Positions 29,401 to 40,634 of a stretch of DNA of 64,000 nucleotides are shown here, piece by piece. The stretch comes from Myxococcales bacterium (GTDB taxonomy: Bacteria > Desulfobacterota > Binatia > HRBIN30). Both the position numbers and the translations under genes were made by a program. Numbering within the stretch: position 1 is the first letter of the stretch; each line of letters opens with the position of its first letter. The stretch lies in the NCBI GenBank assembly GCA_037445065.1, contig JBBILD010000009.1, forward strand, positions 63,577-127,576. The letters are read 5' to 3'. The notes beneath the pieces are model-generated. The model did not search any database. It had not been told where the DNA came from and saw only the letters and a list, made by a program, of their open reading frames with translations.

Positions 29401-30767
29401 AGCCTCTGCACCACCACGCTTTTGATGTTCACAAACTCCTTGATCCCGTAACTGCCCAACTCGCGCCCGTATCCGGAGCGCTTGACGCCGCCGAAGGGCA
29501 AGCGCGGGTCACTGTGCACGAGTTCGTTCACGTGAACAGCCCCGACTTCGAGCTTCGCGGCAAGGCGCTCGGCGAGTTCCAGGTCTTGCGTCCAAAGCGA
29601 CGCACCGAGGCCAAAGGGCGTCGCATTGGCCAGTTGGACTGCCTGCTCTGCGTCCCGCGCCACCAGCACCGCTGCCACTGGCCCGAAGAGTTCTTCTTCG
29701 AACGCCGGCATGCCCGGACGCACAGCGGTCAGCACCGTGGGTGGGTAATAAAACCCAGGACCCGGCAGCGGCTTGCCACCGAGCAACACCCTTGCCCCGC
29801 GCTGCACAGAGGCGCGCACTTGCTGATGCAGGCGCCGGCGTAGGTCGGCACGAGCCAAGGGGCCGATCTCGGTTTCCTCGGCAAACGGATCGCCCACCTG
29901 GCGTTTACCCATGGCGGCCGTGAAGGCCGCGAGAAAGTCGGCGGCGATGCGTTTCTCCACGATGATCCGTTTCGCAGCAATGCAACTCTGCCCCGAGTTG
30001 ATCAGCCGCGCCTCGGCGGCGCGCTCCGCAGCCAACCCGACTGGCGCGTCGCCGAGGACAAGGAAGGCATCCGAGCCGCCTAACTCGAGCACGGTTTTCT
30101 TGAGGTGCCGCCCAGCAAGCGCGGCAACTGCCCGACCCGCAGCGTCACTGCCTGTAAGCGTGACGCCAACCACCCGCTCATCCGCGATGACACGGGCAGC
30201 GTCTCGCTCTTCGAGCAGCAGGACTTGAAACACTCCGCGCGGCGCTCCGGCCGCCCGCCATTCTCGTTCGATGGCGAGCGCACAGGCAGGCACATTGGGC
30301 GCATGCTTGAGTAAAATGGGGTTCCCGGCCAGCAGCGCAGGAGCCGCAAAGCGGAACACCTGCCAGTACGGGAAGTTCCAAGGCATGATCGCAAACAGCG
30401 GCCCGAGCGGATCGAAGCGCACCCAGCTCCGCCAAGCTTCCGTGGGCACGCTTTCTACGGCAAGCAAGCGCTCGGCGTTGTCGGCAAAGTACCGGCAAGC
30501 CCAAGCGCACTTAGCCACCTCCTGGCGCGCCTGGCGAATCGGCTTCCCCATTTCTTGCGTGATCCGTCGGGCGTGCTCCTCGAGATTGCGCTCGAGCCCG
30601 TCGGCGACCGCCCGCACCACCTGCGCACGCTCGGCAAAAGAGGCTGCTGCCCAGCGCCCTGCAGCGGCAGCCGCCAGTGCCAAGCACCGTTCCACCTGCT
30701 CGGCGCTGGCCGGTGCGTAGGAGCGGATCAACTTTCCATTGCGCGGGTCCATCGAGCGAATCGCCAT
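29391..30767 (-). CDS. NAD(P)-dependent aldehyde dehydrogenase, succinate-semialdehyde dehydrogenase-like
   Basis: ALDH family hallmarks: FPYWQVFR, LLKHAPNVP, VLELGGSDAFLV (catalytic Glu region), INSGQSCIAAKR (catalytic Cys), EELFGPV, PFGGVKRSGYGRE. Start at ATG 30767 (MAIRSMDPRNGK). Confidence 0.88.
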   Translation of the reverse strand: MAIRSMDPRNGKLIRSYAPASAEQVERCLALAAAAAGRWAAASFAERAQVVRAVADGLERNLEEHARRITQEMGKPIRQARQEVAKCAWACRYFADNAERLLAVESVPTEAWRSWVRFDPLGPLFAIMPWNFPYWQVFRFAAPALLAGNPILLKHAPNVPACALAIEREWRAAGAPRGVFQVLLLEERDAARVIADERVVGVTLTGSDAAGRAVAALAGRHLKKTVLELGGSDAFLVLGDAPVGLAAERAAEARLINSGQSCIAAKRIIVEKRIAADFLAAFTAAMGKRQVGDPFAEETEIGPLARADLRRRLHQQVRASVQRGARVLLGGKPLPGPGFYYPPTVLTAVRPGMPAFEEELFGPVAAVLVARDAEQAVQLANATPFGLGASLWTQDLELAERLAAKLEVGAVHVNELVHSDPRLPFGGVKRSGYGRELGSYGIKEFVNIKSVVVQRLEA

Positions 30768-30884
30768 GGATACACGGATAGCGCGCGACAATTTTCGCAC
30801 GCAATTGAAGTCGCTGCCGAGCCCCAGCTCCGCCGATCAAGCCTGGATTCAGGATTGCGTTGACCCTGGCGAAAGCCGTTCTCT

Positions 30885-32215
30885 ATGCTGCTCGAGTCTG
30901 CCGGAGGCACCTCCATGCCCATGAGCAAGCTGGGAAGCGAGCGCATCGAAGAGTGGCTAGGAGCGGTGCGCCGCCGCTTGCTGTGGGACCATCGCCTACA
31001 CCACGCAGCATGGGGCGCAGCCGTGCTCGCGCTGCTGTGGATGGCCGCCGCTTGGCTTCCGGTCTTGCGCCAGCACTGGCAGTGGCTTGTGGGAACCTCG
31101 TTCCTGGCTGCGTTGGCGTGGGCAATCCACGGCTGGCGGGGCGAACAGCGGTGGAGCCGCTCGCAGGTGGCCGCGTGGGCGGACCAGAAGCTGGGCCTAG
31201 GCGAGGCATTGCTCACCTTCGCCGCCCTGCGCGACACGCGCGCGCGGGTGCGCTTGTTTCCCGCGCTTGTGGCCCGCCTGCTGCTGCGATGTGCGGACCG
31301 CAAGCCCAACGCCGTGGCACCCCTCCACTGGCAAGGGCCGGTAAGCGTTGCCTTGTTTGCAGTGGCAGCAGCAATCTCTTCTTGGCTGTGGACCCAGCCT
31401 CCGCCGACCGCCCTAGGTACCAATCCCCCGCAGGTGGCACAGGCTGCGCCGGCTGCCGCCGCTGCGAGGGCCGGGGGGCGAGCGCAGGACCGGCTAGAGC
31501 TTGCACAAGGTGCCTGGGCACCAGCGGAGGAGGCAGGCGAAGAGGGAGCCAGCGGGGAGGAAGGCCACGCAGAAGGGCCGTCCTCCGTGGGCTCATCCGA
31601 GGGCGGAAAGAAAGGAGCAGGAAAGGGAGGGCAGCGGCGCTTTGCCACCAGCGCGGAGAACAGCAAACAAAGCGAACCTTCTCCGGACGGTGCGGGCGAT
31701 GAACACGGCGAGGGCGGCAAGAGCAAAAGTGCTCTTCCGAGGCGGGCTGCAACCGGAGAGAGCGCGCGGCAGCCCCCGCGCCACTTGCCGCCGGCGCTGC
31801 TGCAAGGTGAGACGGTGGCGGAAGAACGTGGTGCGGGTGAGCAAACAGAGCGGGGGCAGCAAGCGAACAAAGGATCTACGCAACGAGAACAGCACGGGAG
31901 CGCGGCCGGTCCTGGCGCAAGCGGCAGCTCACAAGCGGGAAGCGGCAGCGCCCCCGGGGGGCTGTTTGCAGATCCGGGCGCCGGGATGGGAGCCGTCGGT
32001 CGCACGCAGGAGCCACCTTTGCTTGTAACCCTGAGCGGCTTGCGGTACCGGGAGGTAGCTCGCCAGCACGGCGGGGTCAGCGGCGCGGCGCAGGGGGAGC
32101 TGGCGGATCCAGCGGCAACGGCGGACCCCGGCAGCGGGGCACCAGTGTGGAAAGCGGGCGTGCCGCCCCCGTATCGAGAGGCAGTGCGTCGCCTCTACCA
32201 GCGCGGAGAACCACG

Positions 32216-32219
<4 letters not shown>
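30885..32219 (+). CDS. Hypothetical membrane protein, first gene of the MoxR/DUF58/VWA module
   Basis: N-terminal hydrophobic helices (AAVLALLWMAAAWLPVL; LVGTSFLAALAWAI; VALFAVAAAISSWLW), a long Ala/Gly/Glu/Pro/Ser-rich disordered region, and the C-terminal motif VPPPYREAVRRLYQ. Its stop overlaps the moxR ATG (ATGA at 32216-32219). Confidence 0.6.
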
Positions 32220-33265
<1,046 letters not shown>

Positions 33266-33271
33266 GCCTCG

Positions 33272-34216
33272 ATGCGCTGGTGGCATCGCCGCTCCACCGC
33301 CGCCACCTCGGCCACTCGCCCGCCCGAGCTTCTGCCGCTCGACTGGTACCACAAGCTGGATCGGTTGCAGATCGGGCTGGCGCGGCCCTCAACTCCCCGC
33401 CTTGGCAGCAAACCGTTCCGCCGAGAAAGCGCGCACGGGCTCGAAGTCCACGCCTACCGCCCATATGCTTGGGGCGACGATCTGCGTCACCTGGATTGGA
33501 ATGCGTACGCCCGCCTCGACCAGCCTCTGATCCGCCGTTTTCGCGCCGAACAAGAAAGCCTGACCTACGTGTTCGTGGACATCTCGCAATCCATGAGCGC
33601 CGACCCGACCGAAGACAAGCTCGCCTTCGCACGCACGCTGGCTGCCGGGCTCGCCTATGTGTGCCTGCGGCGGCACGAGCCCGTCCAGCTCGGTGCCTTT
33701 TCCAGTGCCCTGCCTGAAGGCTGCGCGCTGTCCGCGCGTTGGCGCCAGCGGCCGCAGTTCCTGTCCGCCATCCGTTTCCTCTCCGAGCTAGCAGCGCGGG
33801 GAGGAACCGACTTTGGCGCAGCAGCCGCCGCCCTCCTTCACCGCAACTTGCCCCCAGGTTTAGTGATCTTCCTTTCCGATTTCCTCGTACCTCTGGAGCA
33901 AGTCACCGGGCCACTGCGCCAGCTGCGCGCCCGCGGCTTGGCGGTGGCGGCCCTGCAGTTGCTCGCAGACAGCGACCGCGAGCCCTTCCAGGGCGGCCGG
34001 CAGTGGCGGCTGCGTGATGCCGAAAGCAGCGAGGAGCGCGAGGTATGGTGGGACGAGACAAGTCGCGCGCTGTACCGGCAGGCGCTCGATCGGCACGTCC
34101 AAGCGCTGCGCGACTTCTCTACCCAGCACGGCGTGCTGCACGTCGTCGTTCCCACCGCAAACGGTATCGAGCGCTGTTTTCTGGAGACACTCGTACAAGC
34201 GAGGCTGCTGTGCTGA
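33272..34216 (+). CDS. DUF58 domain protein (VWA-like, MoxR-associated)
   Basis: YRPYAWGDDLRHLDWNAYARLDQPLIRRF followed by FVDISQSM. This is the typical DUF58 signature and sits directly after moxR. Confidence 0.85.
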   Translation: MRWWHRRSTAATSATRPPELLPLDWYHKLDRLQIGLARPSTPRLGSKPFRRESAHGLEVHAYRPYAWGDDLRHLDWNAYARLDQPLIRRFRAEQESLTYVFVDISQSMSADPTEDKLAFARTLAAGLAYVCLRRHEPVQLGAFSSALPEGCALSARWRQRPQFLSAIRFLSELAARGGTDFGAAAAALLHRNLPPGLVIFLSDFLVPLEQVTGPLRQLRARGLAVAALQLLADSDREPFQGGRQWRLRDAESSEEREVWWDETSRALYRQALDRHVQALRDFSTQHGVLHVVVPTANGIERCFLETLVQARLLC

Positions 34217-34241
34217 GCCTGCAGGGGTAGAGGTTCTGGCG

Positions 34242-36089
34242 ATGGGTTTGCTCGAACCAAGTGCGCTCGTGTTTGCTTCCTTTGCCGTGCTGCTGTGGTG
34301 GTTGGCATGGCGAGAGCGCCGCCGGCGCGTGCGGACCGTGCCAGCCCTGTTCCTGTGGCAAGCCTTGCCTAGGCCCCCGGCTCGCCGCTCCTCGCTGCGC
34401 GACTGGCTATTGATCTTGCAGCTCGGAACACTGGCCGCCCTGGTCTTGGCGCTCGCCCGCCCGTACAGCGAGGCGGGGAGCCACGAAGCGGGTACCCGCC
34501 ACCTGTTGGTGCTGGACCTGAGTGCCAGCATGCAAGCGCGGGAAGGGGAGAAAACGCGCTGGCAGCTTGCGCAAGCACGGGCCCGCGAGTACCTCGACCG
34601 GCTCGCGCCTACAGACGAGGTCGAGCTGGTTGGGGTGGCGCACCGCCTTCAAGTCTTGCTGCCAGCCACGCGCGATCGTGAGCAAGCGCGGCGTGTGTTG
34701 GAAGACACTGCGCCTTACGACAGCGAAAGCCAGTTAGCCACCGCGCTGGCAGAAATCTCCGCGTGGCGCCAGTCCGGCTCTGTGCACCGGGTCGCTGTGT
34801 TCTCCGATTTTGCCGATCCCGACCTGCCGCAACCTTTCCTCGAGCAGTTCGATCTCTTTCCCGTCGGCGGCACGGATCAGAACCTGGCGATCGAAGCCGT
34901 GCAGGTAACCCAGCACCCGTGGCAAGCCCCCGAGGATGTGCAAGCAACCGTGCACTTGCGCAACTTCTCGCGCCGCACGCAACACGGGTTGCTCAGCGTG
35001 GAGAGCGACGGCCAAGTGCTGCTGCAAAGCGGCCTCACTCTGGGAAGTGGGGAAAGCGTGCGGGTGCCGCTTCCGCGTCTCAAGAAATCTGGCTGGCTGG
35101 TGGCCAAACTCGCTGCCGATGACGCGCTCGCCGCCGACAACTTGGCCTGGGCATGGGTTGCTCCGCCAGAACCGCTCGAGCTTTGCCTCGTCGCCCCGCG
35201 GCAAAGCAACTGGCCGTGGCTGCGCGCTCTGCTTCACTCTGCATCCGTGCTGCGGGCGGCTCCCCCGGATTGCGTGCGCGAGCGCGCGCGGGGGCGAACC
35301 GTGTACCTCTTTTACCGTACTCTGCCTCCGGCTTCGTTTGCGGCACCGGCACTGGTGATCCATCCACCGCCAAGGGAGGAAGGAGAAGGGGGGAGGTTAT
35401 CACGCGCCAGCATTGCGGATTGGGACGGCTCGCACCCGCTGTGGCAGCATGCACTTCCAGATTTGCAGGCAACGGTCGAGCGCGTCTCGCTCTATCCGAC
35501 GCCGGCAGACGCGAGCGTTGCCCTTTGGGGACGAGTTCAGGAGCGAGTCGTGCCCTTGGTGTGGTCGGTGTCGGGGAACGACACAGCCGGACGGCAAGTA
35601 TGGGTGGCGTTCGACTTGCCGGGGAAGCTCGAGCTTTCCACCGACGATGAGGGCTGGACGGTGTTTTTCTTCGAAACCCTGGCTTTTCTCGCCCCGCCGA
35701 ACCCTCAACCTTCGCTTTGGGTCGCGGGCCGCGCCGCGCCGCTGCCGCCGGGTGCGGGGGCGACGCGGATCCATGGCCCCCGCCAGCAGCAGCAGACCTT
35801 AGGCCCCGAGCAGAACTGGTTTGTGCCTCTGTGGCAGGGAGAGTACCGCCTCGAGCGGGACGAGCAGGTGCGCACTGCGATCGTACAAGCCGCGCGCGGC
35901 GCGGAGTCGGACATTGCTCCCAAACTTGCCGTTACCCACCCGTCCGCAGCCAGCCAGCAGCCGGCACGGCGCCCGGCAGCGGTGCGCCCAAGGCAGGAGT
36001 GGACCACCTGGATGCTGGCTCTAGGTGCGATCGTTCTCCTCGTAGAGGCGTGGGCGGTTAGCCAGGGGGTGCGATGGAACGGCCACTGA
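34242..36089 (+). CDS. BatA-like membrane protein with an N-terminal double-TM domain and a VWA domain
   Basis: MGLLEPSALVFASFAVLLWWLAWRERRRR (aerotolerance-regulator N-terminal type), MIDAS-type LLVLDLSASM, and a C-terminal TM helix (WMLALGAIVLLVEAWAV). ATG 34242 is chosen; the tracked 34014 start overlaps the DUF58 gene. Confidence 0.8.
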   Translation: MGLLEPSALVFASFAVLLWWLAWRERRRRVRTVPALFLWQALPRPPARRSSLRDWLLILQLGTLAALVLALARPYSEAGSHEAGTRHLLVLDLSASMQAREGEKTRWQLAQARAREYLDRLAPTDEVELVGVAHRLQVLLPATRDREQARRVLEDTAPYDSESQLATALAEISAWRQSGSVHRVAVFSDFADPDLPQPFLEQFDLFPVGGTDQNLAIEAVQVTQHPWQAPEDVQATVHLRNFSRRTQHGLLSVESDGQVLLQSGLTLGSGESVRVPLPRLKKSGWLVAKLAADDALAADNLAWAWVAPPEPLELCLVAPRQSNWPWLRALLHSASVLRAAPPDCVRERARGRTVYLFYRTLPPASFAAPALVIHPPPREEGEGGRLSRASIADWDGSHPLWQHALPDLQATVERVSLYPTPADASVALWGRVQERVVPLVWSVSGNDTAGRQVWVAFDLPGKLELSTDDEGWTVFFFETLAFLAPPNPQPSLWVAGRAAPLPPGAGATRIHGPRQQQQTLGPEQNWFVPLWQGEYRLERDEQVRTAIVQAARGAESDIAPKLAVTHPSAASQQPARRPAAVRPRQEWTTWMLALGAIVLLVEAWAVSQGVRWNGH

Positions 36090-38698
36090 GTTGGGCCTTC
36101 TTGTGGGAGCATCTAGCCAGCGCCTCGTTCACGACTGGCGCCCCGGCTTGGCTCCTCATCGCCCCATTGGGAGCCGCCTGGATCGCCTGGCTTGCCTGGC
36201 GCTGCCGCTGGCGTCCGGGGCTGGTGGCGCTTCGCTTCGTGGCCTGGTTCGCGGTGGTGGCCGGCCTAGCCAGGGTCGCGCTCGAGTTCGCCCTCCCGCA
36301 GCGGCCGCTCGCTGTGGTGGCAGCGGTGGATCACTCCGCGAGCATCGGCACGGCGGGCCGCCAGTGGCAAGAGCAGTATGTGGCGGAATTGGAGCGGCGC
36401 CTCGGCCCAGACGACTCCCTCAGCGTGGTTGCCTTTGCCGGTCGCAGTGAAGTGCTGGCGTGGCCAGGGCGTCCTGGCCCAATCCACTGGGATGCCACAG
36501 AGTTGGACGAGGGGAGTACCGACATCGCCCAGGCCCTGCGCCGTGCAGCGGATTTGTTTCCGCTCGAACACGAGCGCCGCCTCGTGCTGCTGAGCGACGG
36601 CAACGAAACCCGTTCGCAGGCGCTGAGCGAGGCGCCCCTCCTGCGCGCCCTCGGCATCCAGGTGTTCTCTGCAGTGCCACCGCTACCGGAAGCCAGTGGC
36701 GGGCGTGTGCGCAAAGTGTTTGCGGCTCCCTGGCTGCATGCGCACAGCCCGGCGTCTTTGCACATCGGCATGGATTACCGCGGGCGCGGGGAAAGTCACC
36801 AGTTGGTCCAACTGTGGTTCAACGGCAGTCTGGTCCAGGAGCAATCGCTGACCCTGCAACCCGGGCCGAATCTGATTTCGTTCGATTGGCAAGCGCCGGT
36901 CGCCGGAGCCTACCACTGGCGCGTGCGCTTGCGGGCTGCCTCGGGAGCGACGGGCGGGCACGAAGCCGAAACGGAGGTCGCGGTCGGTGGCCCACTGCGC
37001 GTCCTTGTGGTCGCGCCGCGCCCCCGCTCGCTGCTCGCGCAGCTCTGGCGCGAGCGCGGCTGGGAGGTGTTGCAGCGCTCGCCCGAGCGGCTGCGCGGCG
37101 AGCGGAGCGATTGGGACGCTCTCCACGCCGTGGCGCTCGAGGACGTAGCCAGTGCAGACCTGCCCATGGCGTTCTGGAGTGCCCTGCGACGTTTTGCGGA
37201 GGAAGGCGGAGGCGTGCTCGTGGTGGGCAACCACCGCACGTACAACGATACCGCTCTCAGTCGCACGCCGCTTGCAGAGGTCCTACCCGTCTCGCCCCAT
37301 CCCTCTCCCCCACCACGGCGAGAGCGCGCGCCACTGTCGCTCGTGCTGGTCCTCGATCGCTCGAACAGCATGGCCTACCACGTGCACCGCCGCCTCGAGC
37401 GCAGCGAAAGCGAGTCCAAGCTCGCGTACGCCAAGCGAGCAGCGCTGAACCTCATTGATCAGTTGCGAGACACCGACTGGGTCGGTTTTGTGGCCTTCGA
37501 CTCGCAAATGTACGAAGTGGCGCCTCTCCGCCCGCTGGCAGAGAACCGGGCGTGGCTCGAGGCCAACATCCCGCGGATCGCACCGGGTGGGGGCACAGAC
37601 TTTTACGAAGCGCTCGCCCACGCCTGTCGAGTTCTCGTCGCCGCGCGGGCGGAAGTACCGCATATCATTTTGCTCACCGATGGCGACACCAACCGCGCAG
37701 CCGCCGAGCACGACGCGCTGATTGCGGAACTCGAGCGGGCAGGGGTGCGAGTCACCACCATCCGCATTGGCGACGACACCGTCAACCTCGAACTACTCCA
37801 GGCCATCTCGGCGCGCACTGGCGGCAACTTCTACCATGTGCAAGACGCGACCCGCCTGCCAGAACTCCTGTTGCACGACACTGCGCAAACCATCCAGCAA
37901 GCCTCGCGCGGCTCTGCGCGCTATGCGGTGCGGGTTGCCTCGCCATCCTCTCTCTTGCGCAACATCCCGCTCGAGCAACTACCGGATCTGGGTGGTTACG
38001 CCGGCGCCCGCCTCAAGCCCGAGGCGCGTCTGGTGTTGACGGTCGGAAGCGCGGAGCGCTCTGACCCGCTGCTCGCGGTGTGGAACTATGGGCTCGGCCG
38101 AGTTGCGGCTTTTACGGCAAGCCTCAGTAACGGAGCGGAGACGTGGGCCAGCTGGCCGGATCTCGGTAAATTTTTCGATCAGCTCGCTCGCTGGGCAGCG
38201 CGCGAGCGGGCGCCAGCCGACCTGTGGGTTCGAACAGGCCGGGACGGGCCACAGGTGCGGCTGGAGCTGCTGACCGACCCAACCGCAGAGTGGGGCGAAG
38301 CGCGCGGCCGCCTCAGTTGGGGAGACCAGGTTGCCGACGTATTGTTTGCGCGCGAAGAAGCCGGACGCCTGGTTGCGCTTCTTCCCACCACGCCGGCCGG
38401 CCTCGCAGAACTTACGCTTTGGTTCCGCCGCAGCGGGCGAGAGCCGGAGGAGCGGCGCTTTGCCGTCTACTTGGCCGGACCTCGGCAAGCAGTGGAGGAA
38501 ACTCTCCCCCCGAACCGGAGTTTGCTCGAGTCGTTGGCGCAAGCTACCGGCGGCCGAGCGGGGGCCACCCCAGCGCAAGTGGTGGCGCGCGCTAGTGGGG
38601 AGCGCTCGCTGGAAGTCTCGCTGCAGTGGCTGTGGCTCCCGCTGGCCATCGTGGCCTTCGTGGCGGAAGTCGCCATCCGGCGACTCTTCCTCCCCTGA
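36074..38698 (+). CDS. Large membrane protein with two VWA domains and a central GATase1/ThuA-like region
   Basis: N-terminal TM helices, VWA 1 (VVAAVDHSASIG...LLSDGNET), a central PLRVLVVAP...GGGVLVVGN block, VWA 2 (LVLVLDRSNSM...ILLTDGDTN), and a C-terminal TM helix (LWLPLAIVAFVAEVAI). Overlaps the upstream gene by 16 nt. Confidence 0.8.
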   Translation: MERPLSWAFLWEHLASASFTTGAPAWLLIAPLGAAWIAWLAWRCRWRPGLVALRFVAWFAVVAGLARVALEFALPQRPLAVVAAVDHSASIGTAGRQWQEQYVAELERRLGPDDSLSVVAFAGRSEVLAWPGRPGPIHWDATELDEGSTDIAQALRRAADLFPLEHERRLVLLSDGNETRSQALSEAPLLRALGIQVFSAVPPLPEASGGRVRKVFAAPWLHAHSPASLHIGMDYRGRGESHQLVQLWFNGSLVQEQSLTLQPGPNLISFDWQAPVAGAYHWRVRLRAASGATGGHEAETEVAVGGPLRVLVVAPRPRSLLAQLWRERGWEVLQRSPERLRGERSDWDALHAVALEDVASADLPMAFWSALRRFAEEGGGVLVVGNHRTYNDTALSRTPLAEVLPVSPHPSPPPRRERAPLSLVLVLDRSNSMAYHVHRRLERSESESKLAYAKRAALNLIDQLRDTDWVGFVAFDSQMYEVAPLRPLAENRAWLEANIPRIAPGGGTDFYEALAHACRVLVAARAEVPHIILLTDGDTNRAAAEHDALIAELERAGVRVTTIRIGDDTVNLELLQAISARTGGNFYHVQDATRLPELLLHDTAQTIQQASRGSARYAVRVASPSSLLRNIPLEQLPDLGGYAGARLKPEARLVLTVGSAERSDPLLAVWNYGLGRVAAFTASLSNGAETWASWPDLGKFFDQLARWAARERAPADLWVRTGRDGPQVRLELLTDPTAEWGEARGRLSWGDQVADVLFAREEAGRLVALLPTTPAGLAELTLWFRRSGREPEERRFAVYLAGPRQAVEETLPPNRSLLESLAQATGGRAGATPAQVVARASGERSLEVSLQWLWLPLAIVAFVAEVAIRRLFLP

Positions 38699-38870
38699 GG
38701 CTTAACGCCAAGGGCGGCATCTCCCCGCTGCAACCGGCACGGCACCCGGTCAATTGCGGCTTCAGCTATCAGCTTGCGGAGAAGGTTTCGACACCGCCAA
38801 TCGAGGTGTCGATCCGTCTTGTCAGAAGCTACGCTTCGCAGCACAATGCCGGGTAGCGGGGAAGCGACCC

Positions 38871-40400
38871 ATGGAGAACAAGGTGAGCAGCAAGATCGTG
38901 ATTGTCGGCAGCGGCTTCGGTGGCTTGGGCCTGGCGATCCAGCTCAAGCGGGCTGGCTTTCACGATTTCGTCATCCTGGAGAAAGAAGCCACTCTCGGGG
39001 GGACGTGGCGGGACAACTCCTATCCCGGCGCGGCGTGCGACGTGCCGTCGTTTTCGTACTGCTTCTCGTTCGCACAAAAAAAGGACTGGTCGCGCAAGTG
39101 GTCTCCGCAATCGGAGATTTTTGCCTACATGCAGGAGCTTGCGCGCGAGCACGACTTGCTCCCGCACATCCGCTTCCGCCAGGTGGTGAGCAGCGCCCGC
39201 TTCGATCCAGCGCACGCGCAGTGGAAGGTACGCACCCGTTCCGGTGAGACGTTTCCGGGCAACGCCTTAGTGATGGGTGTGGGGCAGTTGCACGAGCCGC
39301 TCATTCCTGACATCCCTGGGCGCGATCGCTTCTCCGGGAAGTCCTTCCACTCGGCGCGGTGGGACCACTCGTACGATCTGCGCGGCAAGCGCGTAGCCGT
39401 GATCGGCAACGCTGCCAGTGCCATCCAATTCATTCCGCAAATCGCCCCGCAAGTGCGCGAGCTTTGGATTTTTCAGCGCAGCGCCAACTGGATGCTGCCG
39501 CGGGGCGATCGGGCGTACACGGCGTTCGAGAAGTGGCTGTTTCGCTCTGTCCCAGGATGGACCGAGCTGTACCGCTTCCTGCTCTGGCTCCGCCTAGAAC
39601 TGCTGTTCTTGCCGGTGATCCAGCGCAAGCAGTGGGCCGTGCGCTTCTATCGGCGGCTCGCCCTCAAGTACCTGGAAGAGACGGTTCGCGATCCCAAGCT
39701 GCGCGAAAAGCTGGTGCCGGACTACCCCATCGGCGCCAAGCGGATCCTGATTTCTGACGACTACTACCAAACCCTCAACCTGCCCCACGTGCAGGTGATT
39801 ACCGAGAGGATCGAGCAGTGCACGGAGCGGCGAATCCGTACCCGCGACGGGCGAGAGTTCGAGGTGGACGCGATCATCTTCGCTACAGGTTTTCGCACCA
39901 ACCCCTTTCTTGCCGGAATGGAGATCGAGGGGCTGCCGGGGCACGTGCTGGCACGCGACTGGGCCAATGGCGCCTACGCCTACTACGGCATCACCGTACC
40001 CGGCTACCCGAACTTTTTCCTCCTGTACGGGCCGAATACCAACCTGGGCCACAACTCGATCTTGTTCATGCTCGAGTGCCAGTTTCACTACATTGTGCAA
40101 GCGCTTTCCTTGCTCGCGCGGCAAGGGGCCGCCTACCTGGAAGTGCGGCAGGACGTGTTCGAGGCTTTTTATCGCGACATCCAGCAGGCGCTGGCGCAAA
40201 CGGCGTGGGCCCACGTGCCGCATAGTTGGTACAAAGACTCGGCCGGGAGAATCACCAACAATTGGCCCTATTCCACGTTCTGGTACTGGTGGAAGACCCG
40301 CCGCCTCGAGCCGCGGGACTACCGCCTGGTACGCTGGGCGGAACTGGCGCAGGAACCTGTGCCCAGCGAGCTGGTAGCCACCGCCGCCGGAGTTGCCTGA
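38871..40400 (+). CDS. Flavin-containing / Baeyer-Villiger-type monooxygenase
   Basis: FAD-binding IVIVGSGFGGLG, GGTWRDNSYPGAACDVPSFSYCFSF, and a second Rossmann motif VAVIGNAASAIQ. ATG 38871 (MENKVSSK). Confidence 0.85.
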   Translation: MENKVSSKIVIVGSGFGGLGLAIQLKRAGFHDFVILEKEATLGGTWRDNSYPGAACDVPSFSYCFSFAQKKDWSRKWSPQSEIFAYMQELAREHDLLPHIRFRQVVSSARFDPAHAQWKVRTRSGETFPGNALVMGVGQLHEPLIPDIPGRDRFSGKSFHSARWDHSYDLRGKRVAVIGNAASAIQFIPQIAPQVRELWIFQRSANWMLPRGDRAYTAFEKWLFRSVPGWTELYRFLLWLRLELLFLPVIQRKQWAVRFYRRLALKYLEETVRDPKLREKLVPDYPIGAKRILISDDYYQTLNLPHVQVITERIEQCTERRIRTRDGREFEVDAIIFATGFRTNPFLAGMEIEGLPGHVLARDWANGAYAYYGITVPGYPNFFLLYGPNTNLGHNSILFMLECQFHYIVQALSLLARQGAAYLEVRQDVFEAFYRDIQQALAQTAWAHVPHSWYKDSAGRITNNWPYSTFWYWWKTRRLEPRDYRLVRWAELAQEPVPSELVATAAGVA

Positions 40401-40436
40401 ACGCCTCGCCTCGCCCTCGACGCGAGCCAGCGAACG

Positions 40437-40462
40437 GGCCGCGCACCCACCGGTGCGCGGCC
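40437..40462. terminator. Strong GC hairpin between the monooxygenase stop and the tRNA 3' end
   Basis: 11-bp perfect stem GGCCGCGCACC (40437-40447) / GGTGCGCGGCC (40452-40462) with loop CACC. No U-tract on either strand, so a terminator or processing role is inferred only. Confidence 0.35.
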
Positions 40463-40468
40463 GCAGAG

Positions 40469-40542
<74 letters not shown>

Positions 40543-40634
40543 GTAAGGGTGCCCACACCTAGCGAAGGTTCCCTCGGGCGTCAACGCACGCCAACCCTCG
40601 CACGAAGCGGCTTCTCTGTTACCAGAGGCGAACC

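Noticed and set aside
30728-32005. 425-aa minus-strand ORF antisense to the first gene of the MoxR module
   Set aside because: It is Pro/Ala/Ser/Cys-rich low complexity with no TM or domain logic. The plus-strand frame has TM helices, an ATGA coupling to moxR and operon context. The strand question is still flagged for verification in the findings.
40556-40584. Sigma-70-like promoter for the tRNA-fMet gene on the minus strand: TTGACG, a 17-nt spacer, then TAGGTG
   Set aside because: The -35 box and the spacing are good, but the -10 hexamer matches TATAAT only at its first two positions. That is too weak to report as a feature without TSS data.
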